DNA of 64,000 nt, from positions 46,066,001 through 46,130,000 of the forward strand of contig OZ024742.1 in the NCBI GenBank assembly GCA_964016885.1. The letters run 5' to 3'. Shown piece after piece: positions 53,824 to 64,000 of this stretch. The stretch comes from Eledone cirrhosa (lineage: Eukaryota). The translations under genes and the position numbers were made by a program. Each line of letters starts with the position of its first letter. Position 1 is the first letter of the stretch. The notes beneath the pieces are model-generated. The model saw only the letters and a program-made list of their open reading frames with translations. It was not told the origin of the DNA and ran no database searches.

Positions 53824-54247
53824 TTATCCACGAGTTAGTCTTTTACTTTCCCTACATATATTAATACTACTACATCATCACCATCATACTGTAATTAAAT
53901 AATTACCCACGAGTTAGTCCTTTACTCTCCTTACATATATTAATGCTACATCATCATCATCAGACTGTAATTAAATAATGATCTATTAGTCTTTTGTCAC
54001 AACCACTGATTGATTATTGCTGGAAGTAAAAAAGGTGTTTGGTGAGGGACGAGAAGAGAAAAATAAAGTTAGATTGTCCTGTTTGGTGGTGAGCAATAAA
54101 GACCTAAATCTATATACCCCTATTCTATAGGCTATCAAATATATTTTTAATTACTGATTTATTATTTATTTTGTCAGTAAGCTTTTGTTTCCTGCTAGGT
54201 TATCATTTAGTGCATTATAATAAATATTTTAAACATTTGATTCCATT

Positions 54248-54281
<34 letters not shown>

Positions 54282-55301
54282 GTTCTACAGGACTAGAACT
54301 GTTTCATTCGTATGAAATCAAGATATATATTTCTAAAAAGTCACTCATGTCACAATCGAGCTTTATTGTTTGGCAAACAGTTTTTAAGAAGAAATAAAGC
54401 AAACAAAATATAAATTGGCATTTTTATAATTGCTTTTCAAATCTGAAGATTTAATCTGACACACACACACCAAGTCACCCCCCCCCCCCCCCACACACAC
54501 ACACATATATAATGTAGAAAGGTAGCAGTGACTTTGAAGTCTCATCCTGGTCACTTCTGCTTATTTATTTTAGAAAATATTTTGTATATTTCTTTGTGTG
54601 TGTAGGTAATTGGACAAGGAACAGTAAGTTATGAATATCTATTGACCCAATAATAATATCACTGAATGTAATTCCGTAGCGACAGAAAGAATTGTGTCCT
54701 CCTCAAACCGTCGGTCTCTACTTCGAACCTGTTGGATAGAATTGTGTACCTCTGTTTAGCATAATATATAGGCAAAAATTATGAGCAAACTTGAAACACG
54801 TGATTGTGATATGTTGGCTGTCGTTAGATAATAATGATACAGCAGTTGTTAGATAACACTCAATACAAGTTCAATACATGACACTCACTACCTCAATAAG
54901 AAAGTCGATTCAGTGAGTTTCTCTTTCTGTTGGATTGCCAGTTTAATCCTATCGTTGTCAATTCCGTGCTTTTGATGCTGCAGTTATCGCTTGGTGTTGA
55001 ACTGTAGAACTGGGCAGAATGACATTTTTTCGTAGATGGGAGCAATTGGTCAAAACTTGTGTGGGTGTCACAACAAAAAAGAACCCAGTCCACTGTAAAG
55101 TGGTTGCGTAGGTGCCACGGTAAAAAGCACCCAGTTCTCATTGTAAATGAGGTTGGTGTTAGGAAGGGCATCCAGCTGTAGAAATCAAGCCAAAATCAGT
55201 TCTGTATGAGCAAGACATGGTCACCTGATCTGGCATTGCTCACAACAGGACAACTCGTCTAACCCTTGCTAGTGTGGAAGAATAGATGTAAAACGTTAAT
55301 G

Positions 55302-55338
<37 letters not shown>

Positions 55339-55344
55339 CTATAT

Positions 55345-56220
55345 CTAGGGCGGGTAAAATTCCCGAGATCCATGGACGAGTTCTCTCCAGCTGTCTCTGT
55401 CCCTCATTATCGCTGCTATGTCCTGCCTTTCCAACAGACCAGTGTCTGTCCTTAGGGCATCAACATATGTTAACTTCAGTCTTCCTCTTACAGTGTGTCC
55501 ATGCAGCGGCTCCCACAGGAGCACTGAGTGCAGTGTCAACTCTGGATGTTGGTGAGCATGTCCAGCTAACCTCAGTCTCCTCTGCATCACTTTTGAGCTG
55601 ACTCTTAAAAGGTTCCCGTACAGCTCTGAGTTCTTCATCCTCAGTGAATACTGATTAATGTTCAGAGCCATCCTCAGCATTCTCGTGTAGCACCCATCCA
55701 CCATCTGAGTGAGTTTCTTGGTCAGTGTCCAAGTCTCAGACCCGTACAGCAGCACAGACTCCACTACGAAGATCCAACTTCCACACCGATCTCAAGCTGT
55801 GGCACGTCGCCCAGGCTTTGCTCTACCCCTCGACCACATCATCTTCCGTATTCCCAATTTTTGCTCCCAAATACATTGGCTCCCTACCTTTTTATCATCA
55901 TAGTGGACTATTGTATGTTCCTTGCGATGGAGAAACACCAGGACTCTGGTTTTACTGTAACACCGGCTCAGAGCAGGAGAGTTAAGGCAAAAAAGATATT
56001 GGATGCTGAATTTGCCGACGACATAGTTTTGGTGACAAACACAGTGAAGGAGGCAGAGGATTTGATGCAGGAGGTGGAGACTGTCAATGGGTGTGGGGCT
56101 GAGAATGAATGAGACTAAGACAAAATATCTGGTAGAGAATATTAAGAAGCCAGAGAAGATTACTAATGTAGGCGGGAAGCTGCTAGAATTGGTTGGGGAC
56201 TTCCTGTATTTGGGAGCAAA
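55345..56220 (-). mobile_element. RTE-like LINE with inverted 5' segment
   Basis: 55345-55874 minus (YLGAK..LLYGSETW..RLAGH); 55875-56220 plus (PYLFIII..FADDIVL..FLYLGA). Confidence 0.88.
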
Positions 56221-56729
56221 GATATATATATATAGAGAGAGAGATTAATATAGGGCGGTGGATTGGCAGTATCGGTAGAGCGTCAGACACCATACTTTGC
56301 AGTATAGGGTTACGGCCCTTTGCATTCTGATTTTAGATCCTGCCGAAGTTAGCTTTGTTTTTGATCATTACGGGGGTTGATAAAATAAAGTACCAGTAAT
56401 GCACTGGCGTTGATTTAATCAACTTTCCCCTCCCACCAAAGTTGTTGGCCTTGTGTCTAAGTCAGAAACCACTATTATAGGGATTCTTTGCCTGGCGGTT
56501 AAGATTATAAAGGTACAAAGTATCTGATCACTCTGGAATCGATAGCTCATCTGACTCATGGAATCCTTTATTCACATATGACATGCGTCTGATGAGTTAT
56601 TGATTCCAAAGTGGAACTCCGATTGATCGTGAAATGTGCATCATACGTAAATAAACATAATGATGTTATATTGATACCTCTTTCCATCTCCTCATTATTA
56701 TTACTCTGCTTCTTAAGGATATAAAATGT

Positions 56730-57343
56730 AGATACCACATTGGCAGCCAGGCCCATATTGGCATTGCGTGGTCAAACTGGTGAACCAATAGTAACTAAAC
56801 GTTAGACACCAATAAGCCATATATATATATCATCATCATCCTCTTTGTTTAACGTCCATTTTTCCACCCTGGCATGGGTTATATATATATATACATTTCA
56901 GTGTTAGCATATGAAGTCTGAAAGAGGTGATGTCAATTATTTTGATTATTGTAAATTTATTATCTTTTCAATAAGTTTTTTTATTGTCTTGATTTGGTAT
57001 TGATGTTTGCGTTTGTCCAAGAATGAATTCCTGCTAGTCAACTTTATTTTGTCACTTCCTCTTACATTTCACTTTGTCATTTATATTGTTTTTCGCCTTC
57101 ATTAGTAGTAGCTATAGCCAACATATTCATAGTGACCAGCTAACAAGTTCAGGCATATTCTTTTTATTTGTGGCTATTTAACATGATACAACATGTTTTC
57201 ATACTGTTAGTCATTATAATATACACTATATTTATTAAGATGTTTTTCTCCACAACACTAGAAATGGAATTTTAACTTGTTAATCTAGTTAATTTTGTTA
57301 GGTTTTTTCACCCTGGAACTTTTTAATCTTATACATATTTATA
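56730..57343 (+). promoter_or_regulatory. Candidate internal (deltaN) promoter and 5'UTR
   Basis: Four CCAAT/ATTGG boxes (56739, 56757, 56785, 56809), TCAGT Inr-like ~56897, p53RE-like decamer pairs at 57141-57160 and 57179-57198. Confidence 0.5.
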
Positions 57344-57382
57344 ATGATCAAGCTTGAAAGACGGGGGTTTACAACTTTCCCG
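57344..57382 (+). CDS. p53: Alternative deltaN first coding exon of the p53/p63/p73 gene (MIKLERRGFTTFP)
   Basis: ATG plus 13 codons, phase-0 donor CCG|gtaagt; resembles, from memory, the bivalve deltaNp63/p73 N-terminus (MIKFER.GFTT..). Confidence 0.8.
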
Positions 57383-57774
57383 GTAAGTAGGAAAAAAAAG
57401 CAAACAAACAAACAAAAAAAAAAAGCAAACAAACAAACAAAAAAAAGTCACAAGTGATAGGTTTACTGTGTTTTTAAATTGTTTTGTTTTCTATATTTTC
57501 AAACATGTAAATGATGTATGAGGTTATTAAGAGTGAAAAAGGTAGCTATTAACACATACTATACTACTATCATCTGAAAAACTGTCTGTTAAATAATTGG
57601 TTATTTATCAGATAGTATTTGATATCAACTTATTTTCTCATTTCATTATTTCATAAGGAAAGTCTAATTAAAAAAATGTTAAAGGTAGTGTTATATTAGT
57701 TCTTTATTTAGTAAATAAATTATTTATATTGATATATACTTATCTGTTGTTAATATACATGTCTATCAAATATA

Positions 57775-58060
57775 TAAATCTGATCGGTCGTTTCTATCAT
57801 GTATATATATCTGATCAATCATTTCTATCGTGTTGTTTATATATATCTGATCAGGTATTTCTATCGTGCTGTATATATATATATATATATGATCAATCAT
57901 TTCTATCACGTATATATATATATATACATATATCTGATCAGTGGTTTCTATCACACATATATATATCTGATCAGTCGTTTCTATAATGTATATATACCTG
58001 ATTAGTCTTTTCTATCCCGTATATATATCTGATTAGTCATTTCTATCGTGTTGTATACTT
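57775..58060. repeat. Minisatellite (ATATATCTGATCAGTCGTTTCTATC plus variable TA)
   Basis: About 8 units. Confidence 0.85.
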
Positions 58061-58838
58061 CTAATCACTCATCAATTAATCAACTTGTTAATGATATGCA
58101 TTATGTTTCTTAAAAATTAGAATATGTTATTAAATACCTTCACTTACTAATTTGTAATTAAACCGAGACTAATCAAGTACAGGTTTACTGCCTTTTTCAA
58201 TTGAGGTAGTTTTATGTGTAAACAAAACCATGTGTAGCTTGTACACAGCATCTATTAAAGTGATTGAATAATGATCAAATTACTTGTCTTTTCTATCACT
58301 TGTTTGACATAATTATATTTAGTTGATAGAATTATAATTGTATTATATATTTTTTTTTAGTTTATTCTGATAAATTTTAGATGATAGTTTAAATTTCATG
58401 CATTATCAGTAAAATGCAATAAATAAATAAATAAAATAAACCACATGAACAACCAAAACAGTTTTCATGTATTTTATTGTTTACGTGTCCATGTGACAGA
58501 CATGATATTAGTCTGAGATTCTTGCATATCGCATGTAATACTGAGCCTGTTGTTTACGATATAATATGTTGAATCCTTTATGTAAAACTAAGGTGCCTAT
58601 ATTTCAAGTGTAAATATTTTGATTCCAAACTGCCTGAAACCAACCCTCATTCTATTCTAAGCTGTTTATTTTAAATTGTTTATATTTATCTAAAAACCTA
58701 TTATGATTTTATGTTAAAACTTTTGTTATTGTCTAAACAGCAACTTCAAAAAGAGAGAGTTATTTTACCAAATCATTCCAAAGTTCTTGATTATTTTAAA
58801 AATGATTTTAAAATTACAGACTGTTTTTATTAGAAATA

Positions 58839-61443
58839 GGACCCCACAGCCAGAAATAAATTTCAAAGCATATTACTTGATGCTTTCGACAGTAAGGAAG
58901 AGCATCTAGAATCGGACAATATAGAGGGACAGTGGGAATTTCTGAAAGCAAACCTGCTGTTGGCGACAGACGAAGTCTGTGGCTGGAGCAGGCCTGTAGG
59001 CAGGAGGAGAGTAACATGGTGGTGGAACAGTAAGGTGGAGGGGTCAATTAAGGCCAAAAAGCAGGCTTGGAAAGTATGGCGGGATGGGGGAAGTAGAGTA
59101 GACTATCAAGTGGCCAGGAGGGAAGCTAGGAGAGAAGTGTACTTAGCAAGAAGGGAAGCTGAGGAAAGAAAGTTCAAGCATGTTCTACAACGCGATGACC
59201 AAAAACGTGAGGTGTTCAGGATTGCTAGGCAATGCGTCAAGGAAAACCGTGATATTGTCGGGGAGAAGTGTGTACTTAACGATGATGGCATACTTGCCAT
59301 CACCGACACTGATAAGAAGGTAGCTTGGAAGTGTCACTATGAAAGGCTACTAAATGAGGAGAATAAATGGGAGAAAGACAGTCTCCCCCATATCGACCCA
59401 ATAGAGGGACCAGCAGTGTTAGTCGAGGGGAGTATAATAAGTAAGGCAATCAAGGATATGAAGACGGGTAAGGCGGCTGGGCCTTCGGAAATAGTTGCTG
59501 AGATGCTGAAGGCATCTGGCACGGTGGGACACACCATGGTCACCCGCATAGTTAACCAAGTCGTACAGAATGGGGTTGTTCCGAAGGACTGGCATAGCAG
59601 CATCATCGTTAACTGTTATAAGGGTAAAGGAGACGCCCTAGATAGGAGTAACTATAGAGGCATTAAATTAATCGACCAGGTCATGAAGGTCACGGAAAAA
59701 GTAATAGCGCAACTAATCAGAGAGAGAATTGACCTAGATGAAATGCAGTTCGGGTTTGTGTCAGGCAAAAGCACCACAGACGCTCTTTTCATAGTACGAC
59801 AACTACAGGAGAAGTACCTAGCTAAAGGTAAACCCCTCTACTTAGCTTTTGTCGACCTGGAGAAAGCCTTCGACAGAGTCCCCCGCTCCATTATCTGGTG
59901 GGCTCTTAGAAAACTAGGCGTTGACGAATGGCTTGTGAGGGCTATACAAGCCATGTATAAAGAAACAGTCAGCAAGGTTAGAATTAACAACGAATATAGT
60001 GAAGAGTTTAGCGTAAAAGTTGGCGTCCATCAGGGCTCTGTTTTCAGCCCCCTACTATTTATTATTGCCCTTCAGGCTATAACAGAGGAGTTCAAGACAG
60101 GCTGCCCATGGGAACTCCTATACGCAGACGACCTGACACTCATAGCGGAATCAATGGCCGAGCTAGAGAAGAAATTCCAAACATGGAAGCACGGCCTAGA
60201 GTCAAAAGGACTTAAAATTAACCTGGCTAAGACCAAAGTTCTAGTTTGTAGGAAAGAAAACAAGGCGGCAGTCCCTTCTGGGAAATGGTCGTGCTCGGTG
60301 TGTAGGAAAGGCGTAGGTAGAAACTCCATTTTATGTCCTAAATGCAAAGTATGGGTGCATAAAAGATGTAGTGGGATCACAGGTAAGCTAACTAAGAACA
60401 TAGATTTTACATGTGGCCGGTGTTCTGGTGCAATAAGTAGCAGCAAGTGCCCACAAAATACTAGCTCTTTCAATTTCGCAGAGGGTTCTATAGAAATAGT
60501 GGACAGCTTCCGTTACCTGGGCGATAAAATCAGCAGTGGGGGAGGGTGCTCTGAAAGTACTGTAGCTAGAGTCAGAACTGGTTGGAAAAAGTTCAGAGAG
60601 CTTATACCACTATTAGCTGCTAAAGGATTCTCCCTAAAAATGAAAGGCAGGTTGTACGATGCCTGCATACGAACAGCAATGTTGCATGGCAGTGAGACCT
60701 GGGCATTGTGTGCAGAGGATATACGCAGACTAGAGAGGAACGAAGCTTGCATGCTCCGCTGGATGTGTAACAGTAATATACGTGAACGGCAAAGCATAAA
60801 CGAACTAAGGAAAAAATTAGAGATAAGAGGGATCAGATGTTGTTTACTCGAGAGAAGGCTACGTTGGTATGGACACGTGATGCGCATGAAAGTCGATAGC
60901 TGTATAACAAAGTGCAGGGCAATAAAGATAGACGGTAGCCACGGAATAGGCAGACCTAGAAAAACCTGGGATGAGCTGATAAACTCCGACCTCACACACT
61001 TACACCTCTCCAAGACAATGTCACTGGACCGAGACCTTTGGCGGTACTCAGTAACAGAGAAGACCCGCCTTGCCAGTAGGCATCTCTAACAAAATACACG
61101 CCGTCCCGCCACCACCCCCACCCCATCCACAGCACCCCGTTCTATGTAAAGTTATGTTGGGTGCCGCGCCATCCAGGCCGAAACAAATGAGATCGTGTAG
61201 GTGTCACGACAAAAAAACACACAGTCCACGCTGTAATGTGGCCGTGTAGGCAACACGGTAAAAACCTCCCAGACCCACACTGTAAATGTGGTTGGTGTTA
61301 GGAAGGGCATCCAACTGTAGAAAACCTGCCAGACAGTCCTATGCGAGCAAGACAATCACTCTTGCCTCAAGTGGGACTACCCCCGTCCAAACCCATGCAA
61401 GCGTGGAACACGGACGTTAAACGTTGATGATGATGATGATGAT
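58839..61443 (+). mobile_element. Young 5'-truncated RTE LINE; uninterrupted ORF2 part (RT plus PHD-like finger), 3'UTR and (GAT)n tail
   Basis: Frame open from ~58840 to 61089; NYRGIKL, FVDLEKAFD, GVHQGS, YADD, WYGHV, GRPRKTW; no endonuclease domain. Confidence 0.95.
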
Positions 61444-63396
61444 ATGCCTATCTGTTTTATATCATTTTTTAAATAATCAAGAATTTGGTGTGGTTTGGTA
61501 TAACTTACTTTTTCATTATTAAGCTGTTAATACAAACACTAATTAAGAAAGGTTCAGAGTTAAAATTATAGTAGGAAGTTTTAATTTTAATATAAAAAAA
61601 TGTTAAATGTGGTTTCTATTTTGTATCTTAGGACAGGCTGGTATTCAAAAGGGTTAAGATCATTTTCTAAGGCATTTTTTAAAAACTTGAAATATGAAAT
61701 TTGATTTGGAAAATGTCTGTGACTGAAACAATAAAAAGAATATAGTACATTAGAGAATTATATAGAGAATATTTCAAAGTAAATGATTAGAATTGAAATG
61801 GAAAACTTTACTGCACCTAGTTCTTTGAAACAAAACCACTCATTTTAAAGGGTTTCTCCTTAAATTAAAATCTTCCAGCATAATTTTATATAGGAAATTA
61901 TATTTTTAGTATCCTTCCCCAATTCTTTGTTAATTTACAAAGTATTTTATTAGAAATACAGCAATGAAAGAATTAAAATAAAAACAATTTTGTAATTAAT
62001 TGAAAATGTAATTGTAAAATCTGAGTAAACACCTGTAACATAGTTACTTTTGATAATGTTTTGTAGTTATGTCTAACTCATGTAAGCATGGAAAATAAAT
62101 GTTAAACAGCGATGATGGGTCAGCAAGAATCAATTGGTTTTAAGTGAATTGATGAAAAAAAAAAGTGATTCTGTATATGATAAACAAGACATTTATTGAA
62201 AGGAATATTGAAAGAAGTTAGTTGTATGTAGACTTTGGATAGGAGAAACATTGAACCATTACTTGTAGTTGGTAAATAGACTTTGTTGTATAAATAAACA
62301 GTTGATGTAAACATTGTTTTATGGAAGAAAGACTTATCATGTTTATGTCTTTTTCCATTATTCCATGGGTTGGATGAAGATTAGAGCTTATCTGGTTTCA
62401 TGGAGTGTTAAGTAACTGAGAGAGCAAGTCTCCTCATGGAATGAGATGCCAGTCCATTGCAAGGTTAATCCCCAAATGTTGCTGGTACTTAATTGAGTGA
62501 ACTTGCATGTCACCTGATCTGGGAGGTTGCGATATCTTTGTTTCACAAGCTTTCTATGGTTAAATGTCTTCCTCTATTAGGGGTTACAAGTTCATGTATA
62601 CTTTGAATCTGTAACAGTGGAATTGATGCTTCATTTTGTTGCTCATCTCAATGAATTGATGATTGGCAATGTTAAAAGTATTTAATTGCCTCAAGGATAA
62701 AAATACATTTCATTTTAGTTGTAATTCGGCTTAGCTATGGTTTGTTATGTGTGAGATGAAACAATTTTTACATTTTACCATTGACTTTTGTGGCTTATAA
62801 TTCAGCCAAGAAATTATAGTGTTTAACTATTTTGCATTTCTAGTGAAATACACTGCCTGTGTTTTAATTACTTTTGAAAGTAAAAAAAGAATTTGGAATA
62901 ATTTAATATAGCCCACATTTTCTTCACTAAGCTATTTCGATCATTACATAAGAAAAATTTCTAAAATAAAATTATAATGTAAGGTTTTAATATAAAATGA
63001 GCAGTTTTTTGTCATAAATGGTTTCAAGAAATTTGTTTCTTTCTCTGATTAACTACCATTAATATTGATTGATGTACCAAGTTCCCATACATTTCTGAAT
63101 TCTAAAAAAACTGTTAAGTAGTTCTCTCTCTTAATCCTTTCATTACTATATTTCTAATGAAAGGCATTGCCTATGATTTTCAATTAATTTTGAAAAAACT
63201 TTTCAAGAACTTAAAGATTTAGGAAAATAACTAACTTTATCATTATAAAATGGGTGTTTAGAACATAATTTAACAAAGGTTCCTATAACAAATTATGATG
63301 GAAGGTTTTTAGATAAATATAAACCTCTAAAAATATTTGAAAATGTGAGGATCCAAAACGCAGAATAACTCTAATAACAGTTGATTACTATAAATA

Positions 63397-63735
63397 AGGT
63401 GGCAAATTGGCTGTCGTTAGAACGTTGCATAGAATGTTTCATAGTATTCGTTCCGGCTCTCTGCTCTCTGAGTTCAAATCCTACCGAGGTCAACTTTGCC
63501 TTTCATCTTTTCGAGGTCGATAAAATTAAAGTACCAGTCTAATACTGGAGTCGATTCTGCCTCTATATCTCTTTCTCATTTCCTCTCTCTTACTTTCTAT
63601 CTTTCTCTGGAAGAAATCTACTGTACTTAGGTCTGTAGAGGGATGGGCTCCGCCAGGCTTAAAATGCCCAAGAAATGCCAAATGTCAATATGGTGCCCCC
63701 AGGAAGCTATCAGGAGTTACGGGACCTTGCATACA
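63397..63735 (+). mobile_element. SINE with family-B head and alternative tail
   Basis: B-box and core, followed by the tail shared with 51925-52120. Confidence 0.8.
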
Positions 63736-64000
63736 TGCTATAAATAATAGCTGAGAAAATCAGGTAAAATACCCCTTGACAGAAAAAAAGTTTATAAACA
63801 AATGTATATCATAGAATCAGGGATGATTTGAAATGGTTTAGTATTAAAAAGAGTTTAACTCTATATGAATCTAATCGTTAACAACATCAACAAAAATAAG
63901 AAAAACTCCGCTTTCAAAAGATTTGTTTTACCTTCCTATATGTGTTGTCATTTGTATTATTCTCTTTAAACACATGATAGTATTAATTACAGGCAGTCTC

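Noticed and set aside
59106-61013. Antisense ORFs over the LINEs
   Set aside because: Shadow frames of RT coding sequence

Overview
AT-rich, repeat-dense animal DNA, most likely from an octopod cephalopod (inferred from the p53-family N-terminus and the SINE/RTE content). There are two host loci. (1) On the minus strand at about 3.9-8.45 kb lies an intronless polycystin-1-like (PKD1L/PKDREJ-type) sequence: long ectodomain, GPS, TM1, PLAT, TM2-5. It carries several frameshifts, has a degenerate GPS cleavage motif and a hexapeptide-repeat loop, and lacks the TOP/6-TM channel half. (2) On the plus strand from about 32.3 kb lies the 5' part of a p53/p63/p73-family gene that the ORF track misses. 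It has two TA-domain exons (39203-39291, 40173-40314), up to three candidate phase-0 microexons, and an intronic deltaN first exon (57344-57382) with its own CCAAT-rich promoter and p53-response-element-like sites. The DNA-binding-domain exons were not found and presumably lie beyond the window. The rest consists of a 4.3 kb 46-bp satellite with higher-order structure, RTE and CR1 LINEs (one RTE nested in another, one 5'-inverted), Helitrons, MITEs, modular tRNA-derived SINEs and microsatellites.
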